64,000 nucleotides of DNA from positions 1 to 64,000 of the forward strand of contig CAVXLD010000005.1 in NCBI GenBank assembly GCA_963762565.1. The letters run 5' to 3'. The notes beneath the pieces are model-generated. The model was not told the origin of the DNA. It worked only from the letters and a program-made list of their open reading frames with translations, and did no database searches. The DNA comes from an uncultured Verrucomicrobiae bacterium. GTDB taxonomy: Bacteria > Verrucomicrobiota > Verrucomicrobiia > Chthoniobacterales > JAFAMB01. Positions 1 through 10,071 of this stretch are shown here, piece by piece (position 1 is the stretch's first letter; the number at the start of each line of letters is the position of its first letter). Position numbers and translations under genes: made by a program.

Positions 1-665
1 GGCGCAGATAGAGGGTTTGGGGTGCTTCCCGCCGGGAATCCGGCAGCCTTTACGGTCTTGTCGATTTCCACTGATGGTAGTGGTTGCTGGGTGCGCAGAT
101 TTACAGCTTGAACCGCCAATGGCCGCATCTGGTGGCTTTCGATACCAGCCACGCTGTAAACAAAATTCCCTGCCTCGCCGGTTAGCCGGGTGTCACGCAC
201 GTTCGCGCGGAAGGTTAATCCGTTGTGCTCGAACTGATGAATTTCGGTGTTAAAGGCGCTTTCCACATTCGCGATTGTGCCGTGAGCCCGGATCATAAAT
301 CCGAGCTTGTCGGTGGAAATAATCTTCAATCCGTGTGCTTCGAGTTCGTGACGCACGCTCGACCGTTGCGCTTCAGTGGGCGCGTACTTCTTGAGATCGT
401 CGTTGGTCATCCATTTGTGGAAGGTCGGCGAAGCCGGTTCGTAAAGCGCGTCGACAGCGCTGTCGAATGCGGCTTTGTCACTGAGCTGAAGGTGGACCGT
501 GATGTTGATCTCGGTCGATGGATCGACACGGCCGAGGTCTTTCGATAGATGAATGCCGGCGGGTACGTCAGTGGCCACCGTCTGGGCGTAGGCGGAAGAG
601 CCGGCTACAGCCAGAGGCGGAATCACTAAGGCGATTAAGAGCGGTATTGACGATATCTTGGTCAA
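1..665 (-). CDS. S53 (sedolisin/kumamolisin) protease, N-terminal part: signal peptide + pro-domain; runs off window edge
   Basis: Not in the ORF track because there is no stop in the window. TTG start at 665 follows an AGGAGA RBS. Reads MTKISSIPLLIALVIPPLAVAGSSAYAQ...DLGRVDPSTEINITVHL...LYEPASPTFHKWMT...HGTIANVESAFNTEIHQF, a pro-kumamolisin activation-domain pattern. Confidence 0.8.
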   Translation of the reverse strand, partial: MTKISSIPLLIALVIPPLAVAGSSAYAQTVATDVPAGIHLSKDLGRVDPSTEINITVHLQLSDKAAFDSAVDALYEPASPTFHKWMTNDDLKKYAPTEAQRSSVRHELEAHGLKIISTDKLGFMIRAHGTIANVESAFNTEIHQFEHNGLTFRANVRDTRLTGEAGNFVYSVAGIESHQMRPLAVQAVNLRTQQPLPSVEIDKTVKAAGFPAGSTPNPLSA

Positions 666-1406
666 GACTTTCTCCTGGTTTTGAGTTGAGTGATGCGGTC
701 ACCAGACCGCATGGATCTGCATCTTATGCCGGAGCGCTTTCGTCCGGTAAATGACTAAAGTTCAAATTTTTTGCCTAAATCGCTGTGACCGCCCCTTCAT
801 GGGCGCACTTTGATGGTTATTATCAAAAACCGATAATTCCTAAATTATTATCGATTCTTAGAATGTAAGGATTTCCGCCTAGCGCGTTCCTGCTCCGCAT
901 TTATCGCTTTGCCGGGCTTGGCCTGATAACGGTCGCCTTAGCTAAAATCGTTATACTCGATGTCTGGGGTTAGAGCTGTTTTACAGGATAATCAGTTTCA
1001 TGGTTCTTGGTGTCGTTCTCTTGTTTATCGGTTTCCTTTACACGGTACCAAGACAAGATCCGGGATTGGCTGTGACGAATAAGTGGGACGAGAAGGAAAT
1101 AAAATAGGGTCACGTCTTAACATAACGTAAAATACCGTCTGTCTTTGTGGCCTTTGTGATCTTTCCATATTGTGATTTGAGATTTTAAGGGCGGAAATTC
1201 GGGTCGCTGAAGCCGGATGGGTGCAGCGCGGTGGCATTCGATCTGGAAGGGAGCCAGACTTCGCCCTGTCGTCTGAAACTCCAGGAGGCTACGTCGGGCA
1301 AGCCGCTCTAGAGGAGCATCTCTCAATCTCTCCACTTGAGAAACGCAATCGGGCTGTCATCTGTCATTGGTCATCTGTGATTTGTAATTTGTTTTTCCTG
1401 CACACC

Positions 1407-3968
1407 ATGACCAATCGCCGTAAACCATCAATTGTTGTCACCGCGTTGCTCGCTCTCAACTTCGTGAGCGCTACAATCCAAGCCCAGGATGCGTCGCCGT
1501 CACCTTCGCTCTCCGCAACTGCGGCTTCCACACCCATCGCCCTAGATCAAGTCCCTTCGGAAGCCGAGTCTGCCTTTGGTGAACTCCATCAGATCGAGGA
1601 CACTCTCTCTAAAGCCAGAGCGGCTCTGGAGTCCACCAACGTCGGTCTTACTAATCTGAAGGCTGAGGTCAAAGCGAGGATGGCTGAGGATGCGAGAATT
1701 CTGGCCGGGAGCCCGTCACTGGATCTGCTTTACCCACTGAGAACGAATTGGCAGACGTATACTGCTAGTCTGACGAGCTCGGAGCAGGATTTGACCCAAC
1801 GGGCCGCGAATTTGGAGGATCAACTCGCCAGCCTGAGGCAGATGAATCAGGTCTGGCAACCAACGTTGGAATCAGCACCTAAGATCAATATGCCGCCGGC
1901 CGTCTTGCAACGAGTCCAAAAAGTGGTTGAGAGGATTGACAAGACCAATCGAACGGCGGAATCAGATCGTGCCCGGGTTCTCACCTTACAAAGCAGCCTC
2001 TTAATGGAAGAGGCTCGGGTCCGCAGAGCGACTGCGGCGATCGCTCGAGCGCAAAGTCAGGCGCTGAAAGATCTATTAGAGCGAGACGGCCAGCCTATCT
2101 GGACTGCGCCCAGCACTTTAACCACCGAATTGCAAACCCAGAGCGACGAGAGCCTTTCTTCGCAATGGAGCGCAACTAGCGCTTTTATCCAACGGCGTCC
2201 TTCCTCCTTCGTTGTGCATGCCGCCTTGATCCTGTTATTAGCGGGCTTTATTCAGTGGCTACGACGCCAAATACGAAAGCCGGCCGTAGCAGAACCGGCG
2301 CTGGAACGCGCGTTATCGATTCTCGATCTCCCAGTGTCAACGGCTTTTGTTCTATCGAGCTTGTTCGGCCCCGCACTCTATTCGGAGGCGCCGCGTTGGA
2401 TCCAAGCTCTGGTTGGTGCTGTCGCGTTGGTCCCTACGGTGCTGATTCTTCGCCGTCTATTGGAACGAAATCTGTTCCCGATCCTTTATGCATTGGTTGG
2501 CTTGTATCTGATCACCCAGCTTCGTTTGCTGGCGGCATCAGTGCCTTCCTTGGGCCGATTCTTTTTCTTGGTCGAAACTTGCGGCGGATTCCTTTTTCTA
2601 ATCTGGTTCCTTCGTAGTGGGCTCGTTGCGCCGAAGCTGGGAGAACGCGGACCTGTTATGGCAAAGCTGGGCGAAGGCGGACCTGTCGCGCCGAAGCTGG
2701 GAGAAAGCGGACCCGTTATGGCAAAGCTGGGCGAAGGCGGACCTGTCGCGCCGAAGCCGGGGGAAAGCGGACCCCTTATGGCAAAGCTGGGCGAAGGCGG
2801 AAAGTTGGCCACCGCGAAGCCTGGAACGCCGGATCGTTTTAGCCGAGCGATACTTCTTATCGCAAAAATAGGGCTCATCGTTTTTCCGATAGCGGCCCTG
2901 GCGAACATTCTGGGATATGTAAACTTGGCCAACCTCTTAGCCATCGTCTTTGTCCGGGGCGTCTTTTTAGCTGCTATCTTCTATGTCGCTATCAGGGTCC
3001 TCGATGGCTTTGTGGTCATTGCTTTACAGGTGCGGCCATTGGGTGCTTTGCACGCCGTCCAGCTGCACCGTCGAATGCTCTACCGGCGATCCTGCCGAGC
3101 GCTCGGGTTTCTTGCGGTCCTCTTCTGGCTGGATCTGATGTTGAACTTTTTCGGTCTGCTTAATCCGTCGCTCGCGAAAATCGGCGATCTATTGGATGCA
3201 AAGGTCGGCATGGGTTCGCTCGAGCTCTCTTTAGGCCGGTTGCTGGCGTTCGGGATCACAGCATGGGCAGCGTTTCTGGTCTCGAAATTCTTGCGCTTTT
3301 TGTTGGAAGAGGATGTGTATCACCATTTCCGCCTCGAGCGCGGGCTCCCTTACGCGATCTCGACCATGCTCCATTATTCGATCCTGCTGGTCGGTTTTGT
3401 CGCGGCTTTAGGAGCCTTGGGCATCGATCTTACCAAGATTACCATCTTAGCCGGTGCATTCAGCGTCGGGGTCGGTTTCGGATTACAAAATGTGATCAAT
3501 AACTTCGTTTCCGGCTTGATCCTGTTATTTGAACGCCCCATCAAGATCGGGGATGTCATCGAGATCGACGGCACAGTAGGCGAGGTACGCCGGATTGGTA
3601 TCCGGGCTTGTGTCATCCGGACCGGACAAGGTTCGGAAATCATCGTGCCGAACGGAGCATTGATTTCGAATCAAGTGACCAACTGGACTTTCTCGGATAG
3701 AGCCCGAGCCATCGAAGTCTCGGTTAACGTATTGCCAGGTGCAGATTCCCAGCGGGTGACCGAGCTTCTCAGAACCACGGCCACTAGCGAGCCCGGCGTC
3801 GCTAGTGAACCGGCGCCCCAGGTCTACGTCGTGAATTTCAGCGCTGGGGCGATCACTTTCCAGCTACGCGCTTGGACCGACCGTTATCAGGATTGGGCAC
3901 GAGTTCGTAGCGATCTAGCGGTCGCGGTTAACAGCGCGTTGGCTGAAGAGAGGATCGCTATCGCGTGA
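1407..3968 (+). CDS. Large MscS/MscK-like mechanosensitive channel
   Basis: Signal peptide, coiled-coil periplasmic region, multiple TM helices, and C-terminal MscS signature GVGFGLQNVINNFVSGLILLFERPIKIGDVIE. ATG 1407 preferred because the upstream extension is repeat DNA. Confidence 0.9.
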   Translation: MTNRRKPSIVVTALLALNFVSATIQAQDASPSPSLSATAASTPIALDQVPSEAESAFGELHQIEDTLSKARAALESTNVGLTNLKAEVKARMAEDARILAGSPSLDLLYPLRTNWQTYTASLTSSEQDLTQRAANLEDQLASLRQMNQVWQPTLESAPKINMPPAVLQRVQKVVERIDKTNRTAESDRARVLTLQSSLLMEEARVRRATAAIARAQSQALKDLLERDGQPIWTAPSTLTTELQTQSDESLSSQWSATSAFIQRRPSSFVVHAALILLLAGFIQWLRRQIRKPAVAEPALERALSILDLPVSTAFVLSSLFGPALYSEAPRWIQALVGAVALVPTVLILRRLLERNLFPILYALVGLYLITQLRLLAASVPSLGRFFFLVETCGGFLFLIWFLRSGLVAPKLGERGPVMAKLGEGGPVAPKLGESGPVMAKLGEGGPVAPKPGESGPLMAKLGEGGKLATAKPGTPDRFSRAILLIAKIGLIVFPIAALANILGYVNLANLLAIVFVRGVFLAAIFYVAIRVLDGFVVIALQVRPLGALHAVQLHRRMLYRRSCRALGFLAVLFWLDLMLNFFGLLNPSLAKIGDLLDAKVGMGSLELSLGRLLAFGITAWAAFLVSKFLRFLLEEDVYHHFRLERGLPYAISTMLHYSILLVGFVAALGALGIDLTKITILAGAFSVGVGFGLQNVINNFVSGLILLFERPIKIGDVIEIDGTVGEVRRIGIRACVIRTGQGSEIIVPNGALISNQVTNWTFSDRARAIEVSVNVLPGADSQRVTELLRTTATSEPGVASEPAPQVYVVNFSAGAITFQLRAWTDRYQDWARVRSDLAVAVNSALAEERIAIA
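2622..2801 (+). repeat. In-frame tandem array, 6 x 30 bp (alternating A/B units), inside the MscS gene
   Basis: Units such as CCTGTCGCGCCGAAGCTGGGAGAAAGCGGA and CCTGTTATGGCAAAGCTGGGCGAAGGCGGA encode approximately (VAPKLGESGP VMAKLGEGGP)x3. Confidence 0.95.
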
Positions 3969-4066
3969 TGGGAAAAGTCTGACGGATCGCTTCTTCTTGT
4001 TTTGACAGGATCCGCCTTTCCGGACTTAGTTTATTCTGGTCACTTTGTAAAACGAACGGCAGGCAC

Positions 4067-4414
4067 ATGAAGACACTGACTCTAACGTTGGGCGCTGTAA
4101 CACTCTTGGCATTCGCGTCCTTTACTAAAACCGGAGCAGGCGAGACAGATCCGGCTTTTAACCAATTCATTCAACAGATTAAGGGCATTTACACTAGTCA
4201 CCCGGGTCAGGCGCTTTCAGAGACTGAATCTGCCGAAGTGTATCGATTGATCAGCGCTGAAATCGATCGCGAGGCACACTTCGATCATCCTGGTTTTGAT
4301 AACCTCGCGAGTGACGAGCAGGAAAGCATCAGGCAGGACGAATTCAATAAAGTCAGAAAGGCGCTGGCCGATCTTCAAGCAAAGGGAGTTTTGCCCCCGG
4401 CGATCAAAAACTAG
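4067..4414 (+). CDS. Hypothetical secreted protein
   Basis: 115-aa ORF with signal-peptide-like N-terminus MKTLTLTLGAVTLLAFA. Confidence 0.65.
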   Translation: MKTLTLTLGAVTLLAFASFTKTGAGETDPAFNQFIQQIKGIYTSHPGQALSETESAEVYRLISAEIDREAHFDHPGFDNLASDEQESIRQDEFNKVRKALADLQAKGVLPPAIKN

Positions 4415-4486
4415 GAGAAATCCCACCATCCCAAACGATTTGCACAATACGGAAAGATCACAAAGGCCCACTGCGAACGTGCTGCC

Positions 4487-5740
4487 GTGATGGGAGAGCT
4501 GCCCGCACAACAAGTGCAAGAGAAAGTGGACGCCGTTTATCGCTCGGAATCGCGGCGAATCCTTGCGACCCTGATCCGCCTGCTCGGCGACTTCGAACTT
4601 GCAGAGGACGCGCTACACGACGCATTTAGTGCTGCGCTCGAACACTGGCCGAAGCAGGGCATGCCGGCCAATCCCCGAGCGTGGCTGATTACGGCGGGCC
4701 GGTTCAAGGCGATCGGCGCAATGCGGCGGCGTGCCCGGTTCGATGCGTCGCAGGCGACCATCGCGGAGAAACTCGGTGGTGAGGCTCGCGAGGTCGTGGA
4801 CCTCGACTCTGAGAGCATCGAGGACGACCGGCTTCGGCTGATTTTCACTTGTTGTCATCCATCTCTGCCGCCGGAAGCCCGAGTTGCCTTGACGCTGAGG
4901 GAAGTGTGCGGATTAACCACCGAGGAGATCGCACATGCTTTCCTCACCGCTCCGTCGACACTGGCTAAGCGCATCGTACGTGCCAAAGCGAAGATCCGTG
5001 ACGCGCGTATTCCGTATCAGGTACCGTCCGCGGATGAACTGCCGGACCGCTTGGACGCGGTGCTCCAAGTGATCTACCTGGTATTCAACGAGGGATACTC
5101 TGCTTCCTCAGGTGAGTCTGTGACCCGGTCTGATCTCTCGGGCGAAGCCGTCCGGCTGGGGCGGCTACTAGCAGAACTTTTGCCTGAACCGGAAGTGATG
5201 GGGCTCCTTGCGCTGATGCTGCTGCAGGAATCGCGACGCGTCGCGCGGACCTCGCCAACGGGCGATCTGATCTTGCTCGAGGAACAGAACCGTGCGCTCT
5301 GGAATCGAGATCAAATTGTGGAGGGAAAGGTCTTGGTGGGAAAGGCATTGTCATTGCGCCGTTTTGGTGCGTACACGCTTCAGGCGGCAATCGCGGCCGT
5401 GCATGCCGATGCGTCCGACGCAGCAGCGACCGATTGGGCGCGGATTGTTCGTTTTTACGATGTGTTTCTGCGTGTGCACCCGTCGCCGGTGGTGGAATTG
5501 AATCGTGCCGTGGCGCTGGCAATGCGGGATGGCCCAGATGCCGGTCTGGCGCTGATCGACGCTATCCTCGCGCGCGGGGATTTGGCCGATTACCACTGGG
5601 CGCACTCGGCGCGGGCGGACTTGTGGCGGCGAAAGGGAAGCACGGCGAAAGCGCGGGCTTCCTATGAAATGGCCCTAACCCTGGCGCGTCACGAGGCGGA
5701 AAGGCGGTTTCTCGAACGCCGATTGACCGAGTTAGGCTGA
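4487..5740 (+). CDS. ECF42-type RNA polymerase sigma factor with C-terminal TPR-like extension
   Basis: DDRLRLIFTCCHP, VIYLVFNEGY, QAAIAAVHA and SPVVELNRAVA motifs; adjacent DGPF/YCII gene. Confidence 0.92.
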   Translation: MMGELPAQQVQEKVDAVYRSESRRILATLIRLLGDFELAEDALHDAFSAALEHWPKQGMPANPRAWLITAGRFKAIGAMRRRARFDASQATIAEKLGGEAREVVDLDSESIEDDRLRLIFTCCHPSLPPEARVALTLREVCGLTTEEIAHAFLTAPSTLAKRIVRAKAKIRDARIPYQVPSADELPDRLDAVLQVIYLVFNEGYSASSGESVTRSDLSGEAVRLGRLLAELLPEPEVMGLLALMLLQESRRVARTSPTGDLILLEEQNRALWNRDQIVEGKVLVGKALSLRRFGAYTLQAAIAAVHADASDAAATDWARIVRFYDVFLRVHPSPVVELNRAVALAMRDGPDAGLALIDAILARGDLADYHWAHSARADLWRRKGSTAKARASYEMALTLARHEAERRFLERRLTELG

Positions 5741-5823
5741 ATTTCTTTCGTTGTCCATTTCCGATGTCTCGGGACGACTAACTGGTGAAAGAAGATTCCA
5801 CCTAACCAACTGAACAAAAAAAC

Positions 5824-6219
5824 ATGAAATACATCTGCCTTGGATACTTCGACGAGAAGCACTGGGAGACAATGTCCGAAAGCGAGCGCAACGCCATGCT
5901 GGATGAGTGCTTCACCTATGACGACGTTTTGCGGAAGAACGGTCACTTTGCCGGCGGCGAAGCGCTGGAAAGCCCGCGGGACGCAATTACGATACGATTG
6001 CAAAAGGGCCAGGTGAGCATCACGGACGGCCCGTATACCGAGACGAAGGAGCAGCTGGGTGGAATCTTAATTCTCGAAGCTACGGACTTGAATCACGCCG
6101 TACAGCTGATGTCAAATCATCCCGCCGTGAAGCAGGGCAGCATCTTCGACATTCGTGCGGTCTCCGATATGAGCGAGACGATCCGGGAGAGCGAACGGCG
6201 GCGAGCCGCGAGGGGCTGA
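5824..6219 (+). CDS. YCII/DGPF-family protein
   Basis: ITDGPYTETKEQLGG motif; usual partner of ECF42. Confidence 0.9.
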   Translation: MKYICLGYFDEKHWETMSESERNAMLDECFTYDDVLRKNGHFAGGEALESPRDAITIRLQKGQVSITDGPYTETKEQLGGILILEATDLNHAVQLMSNHPAVKQGSIFDIRAVSDMSETIRESERRRAARG

Positions 6220-6626
6220 GCCTACCCTATGCGAATGGGCGCACTGGCGAAACGGCGAATGGGCGAAACGCCGGTAAAAAGAACGACACTCGATTCACAC
6301 GATACGGAAAATCACAATACGGAAAGGTCACAACGGTCACAACGGTCACAAAGACAGAAGAAATGACCATGGCGGGCGAGTGCGGGCGTCGCCCGGGAGG
6401 GATCGCGTCCTCGCGATCCATTGTTAACGGAACCAAGCGTGCTTTCTCGTCGCGGACGAAAAATACGTCTTAACGTGGTGGCACGTCCTCGCGGCGCGCG
6501 GGGATCCTCCGTCGCTAAAGCTATGGCGGACAGGCAGCGCGCCGTCCCCGTACCTCAAACCCGACCATACCCAGGGCTATGACCTATAGCTGCTTCGCGG
6601 CATCCGAATCACGCGGGAGTCTGTGG

Positions 6627-7598
6627 TCAAAGCGGCGGGCTCTTCAGAACAGCGCGGTTCACGACCAATGCTGGATCTAGCGTTCCGTCTAATCCTGCCA
6701 GAGCGTTTTTGGCGGTTACCTGGGACATGGCAGCAAGAGACGTTTCTGTCATCGCGGCCGTATGCGGGCTGAGGACAATCCGCGGTTCCAAGAACAACGG
6801 AGAGTCTTCCGGAGGCGGTTCCAGCTCAAATGTGTCCAGACCGGCGCCGTGAAGGTGCCGCGTTTTCACCGCAGCCAGCAAGGCAGCTTCGTCGACCACG
6901 CCGCCACGGCTAGCATTGACAACGATTGCGTCTTTGGGGAGCAAAGAAAGTTCGCGCGTACCCAGCATACCCTTCGTTTCGTCGGTGAGCGGCGTGTGCA
7001 GGGTAACGACGTTTGCCTCCGGTAGCGCACTCTCGAGCGAGGTGAACACCCGAACGTCCTTTTGTGAATTCGTCGGTAAATAGGGATCGAACACCAAAAT
7101 GTTCATGCCGAACGCACGAGCCCTGGCCGCGACCTGTTTTCCGACCCTGCCAAACCCGATGATCAGGAGATTGAGTCCGCTGAGTTCAATGCCGGTCACG
7201 CGATTTCTAATGCCGAAGTCACCGCGCCTGGTTGCCGTGTCGAGTTGGATTCCGGCTCGGGCGGCCGCCAGCATCAGGAATATTGTGTGCTCGGCCACAG
7301 AAACCGCGTTAACCGAGCCGACAATGGTCACGGGGATACCTCGCTCCGTGCATTTGCTGACCGGGATGTTGTCGTAACCGACACCGTGACGTGAGATCAC
7401 CTTCAGTCGCGGAGCCGCATCCAGCACGCGTTCCGTGATCAACGCCGTGCGGACGGTGATCGCGTCGGCGTCTCCTACGCTGGCCGAAAGATTTTGTTCG
7501 GAGCAATCAGTGACCAGTTCGTAGGATATGTCTTTCCGGGCGTCGAAAATTTTTAGCGCCTCGGGACGAAGGGATTGGATAACCAAGATCTTGTTCAT
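6627..7598 (-). CDS. D-2-hydroxyacid / phosphoglycerate dehydrogenase family
   Basis: RHGVGYDNI, IIGFGRVG, NASRGGVVDE, GAGLDTFELEP and SPHTAA motifs. Confidence 0.9.
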   Translation of the reverse strand: MNKILVIQSLRPEALKIFDARKDISYELVTDCSEQNLSASVGDADAITVRTALITERVLDAAPRLKVISRHGVGYDNIPVSKCTERGIPVTIVGSVNAVSVAEHTIFLMLAAARAGIQLDTATRRGDFGIRNRVTGIELSGLNLLIIGFGRVGKQVAARARAFGMNILVFDPYLPTNSQKDVRVFTSLESALPEANVVTLHTPLTDETKGMLGTRELSLLPKDAIVVNASRGGVVDEAALLAAVKTRHLHGAGLDTFELEPPPEDSPLFLEPRIVLSPHTAAMTETSLAAMSQVTAKNALAGLDGTLDPALVVNRAVLKSPPL

Positions 7599-7829
7599 TA
7601 CGCGTTCGGCGTATCGGCGTTTGGCGTATCGGCCTGTTCGCCGTATCGCCGTGACTCCTTAGCCAGCCCTAGAAATCTTAGGGTAAGTGCGTGATAAAAC
7701 AACCTATCGGTTCCGACCGATTCGGCCTTGCAAGCGAGGCAGCGCTCCAAGGCACGCCAAACGCCAAACGCCGAACGCCAAACGCCCATTCGCCCATTCG
7801 CCGTTTCGCGGTACCGTTGAGTGAAAAAC

Positions 7830-8633
7830 ATGCCTACACTGTCAACGTTCGGTCAGCTGCGTACGGGGCTTGATGCTGGTAAAAAATTCGTGAACGGCTT
7901 TTGTTCGGCTCCCAGTCCGGTCATGGCTGAGTTCTTTGCCCGCCAAGGTTTCGATTCGATCACGATTGATCTGCAGCATGGCCTGATTGATTACCAGACC
8001 GCATTGACGATGCTGCAAGCCATTGCCGGCGCCGGAGTACCGGCGATCTGCCGGGTCCCTTGGAACGACCCGATCCCGGTGATGAAAGCACTCGACGCAG
8101 GTTTTGAGGCCATCATCTGCCCGATGATAAACAATCGCGAAGAAGCAGAAAAATTCGCTTCATACGCTCGATACGCTCCAAGAGGTGTGCGCTCGTTTGG
8201 CCCAACCCGATCTCTGAATGTTTTCGGTCCATCCTACACCCAAGCCGCTAACGACCAGGTCGTAACCTTTGCCATGATCGAAACGGAAGCAGCGGTTAAC
8301 CACCTCGAGGACATTCTGGCAGTGCCTGAAATCGACGGCATCTATATCGGGCCCGCGGACCTGACCCTCTCAATGGGTTTTACGCCTTCGATCATGGTGA
8401 CCGAGCAGAAAGTACTTGAGGCGATTGAACATATCCGTTCGGTCACCAAGCAGAAGAACAAGTTCGTTGGTATCCATTGTAGCAGTGGAGCCGCGGTGTC
8501 CGAAATGCTGAGCCGGGGCTTTGACCTGGCCACGATATCAACGGATATCCGTATTTTCGTTGCTGCGGTTCAACAGGAGGTAAAGGCGGCACGGCCCACG
8601 CAGCAACAACGCGATACGGCGTCAGCTTACTGA
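7830..8633 (+). CDS. HpcH/HpaI aldolase family
   Basis: IDLQHG, KALDAG, RYAPRGVRS, MIET and YIGPADL motifs. Confidence 0.9.
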   Translation: MPTLSTFGQLRTGLDAGKKFVNGFCSAPSPVMAEFFARQGFDSITIDLQHGLIDYQTALTMLQAIAGAGVPAICRVPWNDPIPVMKALDAGFEAIICPMINNREEAEKFASYARYAPRGVRSFGPTRSLNVFGPSYTQAANDQVVTFAMIETEAAVNHLEDILAVPEIDGIYIGPADLTLSMGFTPSIMVTEQKVLEAIEHIRSVTKQKNKFVGIHCSSGAAVSEMLSRGFDLATISTDIRIFVAAVQQEVKAARPTQQQRDTASAY

Positions 8634-8850
8634 GGGCTGTCTTAATCGTTCTCGTCCTCGTCGTCGTCCTCGTCCTCGTCCTCGAGAGGGTTGGGGTGAT
8701 GTGGAGCCAGGCTACCATCACAACGTCCCTCCGGGACAAAATTCGATACCCGGGATAAACACCCCACACGCGTCCACAAAATCTACTCCACATCAGTCCC
8801 GCCAAACCAGATCGAGGACGAGGACGAGAACGAAAGCGACAGACCCATCC

Positions 8851-10071
8851 CTAGCGGGCCGGCTTGGGCTGGAGCTGAATCATCACTAAGCCCAAGACAC
8901 TCAGGATCGCGCACGCGAAAAAAGTCGATCGATATCCAAAGGCTTGAGCCAAACCTCCTGTCGAGAGACTGGCAAACAGAAAACCCGCGTTGGCTGTGTT
9001 GGCAAACAAGGCGGTTGCTGAACCTGCTTGATTTGGCATGAGCGCTTGCATGTAACTGATTCCCTGAAAGGCGATCAATCCGATGCCAATGGCCCGGAAC
9101 AACTGGGCGGCTAGCAATACCGACACCGACGGGGCCCACGTTATCATTAAGAAATAGGCGATGAAGGCGACGAATCCGGCCGAAATCCAGCCGCGATTGC
9201 CCGCGGCGACTGGGCGAAGTACAAAAGCGAGCATTACGGGTACCTCCAGAAAAGCGCAAAGGCTAAAGATTAGTCCAACGTCTGTTTTGGTTCCTCCCAA
9301 CTCATGAGTCGCGACGATGGGGAGGGGGAAAGATCCCATAAACATCGCCATATGGAACAAGAGTAGGCTCGCCACAGCAAAGCCGACACGGCGCCTGCTT
9401 CGGCTGGTTGGTCCTAGATCTAGGGCCTTTGGCGTCGTCCGATCCGCGTCCACCCGCGCCGAAATGACGATAATGGTCGCTGCTAGCGCGAAGATCGCCT
9501 CGGCGATGAACACTCCGGAGAAATCAAACCAATTGATTACCAGCGCGCCCAACGCCGGCCCAATCGCCCAGGCGATCGACCAGGTCGCGCGCATCATAGC
9601 GGTTCCCCGCTCGGCTGTATTGGCGTCAACTCGGTCGAGGTGGCCCTTGGCCAAGGCAAAGAGTTGCGGGAACACCGCCAAGCTGGAGCCGAGCGGCACA
9701 GCCGCGATAAGCAGGAGCAAATAAAAGTTAGTGGTAACACTTAGAAGTGCATAGGCGCTTACGGTCATCAGGAGCGAGAGGACCAGAGGCACCGGGCTTG
9801 GTGCACGATCGAACCAGTGTCCGAAACGCGTGCTGACGATCACGCCGCTCAGAGCATCAATCGTAAGAAAAATCCCCAGGCCGATGGGGCTCAGGTGAGC
9901 CTTGTCAACCGCGAACAGCGTCAAGTACGAACCGGCTACCCCGTTCCCAAGTGCAACGAAGAAGGCAGCGATCACCAAGGGAAGAAAATAGGGTGTCGCT
10001 GCTAACCTGGTGAGGGGGCGAAGACGCGAAGTCTGTTTCGGTGGTGATTTTATCGGAGGAACAGTGACCAT
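8851..10071 (-). CDS. MFS transporter, sugar efflux (Set-like)
   Basis: About 12 hydrophobic segments; FPQLFALA, MRATWSIAWAIGPALG, AFLEVPVM and GSATALFAN motifs. Start approximate. Confidence 0.85.
   Translation of the reverse strand: MVTVPPIKSPPKQTSRLRPLTRLAATPYFLPLVIAAFFVALGNGVAGSYLTLFAVDKAHLSPIGLGIFLTIDALSGVIVSTRFGHWFDRAPSPVPLVLSLLMTVSAYALLSVTTNFYLLLLIAAVPLGSSLAVFPQLFALAKGHLDRVDANTAERGTAMMRATWSIAWAIGPALGALVINWFDFSGVFIAEAIFALAATIIVISARVDADRTTPKALDLGPTSRSRRRVGFAVASLLLFHMAMFMGSFPLPIVATHELGGTKTDVGLIFSLCAFLEVPVMLAFVLRPVAAGNRGWISAGFVAFIAYFLMITWAPSVSVLLAAQLFRAIGIGLIAFQGISYMQALMPNQAGSATALFANTANAGFLFASLSTGGLAQAFGYRSTFFACAILSVLGLVMIQLQPKPAR

Noticed and set aside
225..754. Plus-strand ORFs 225-548 and 518-754, and the many other short antisense ORFs in the track
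   Set aside because: They are shadow frames of better-supported genes on the opposite strand.
1221..1406. N-terminal extensions of MscS (and similarly 23251-23403, 23877-24035, 29935-30057)
   Set aside because: They translate intergenic repeats (VICHLSFVI-type peptides); downstream ATGs give proper starts.
2622..2801. CRISPR-like 30-bp periodic repeat
   Set aside because: No unique spacers, in frame within a CDS, and no cas genes in the window.
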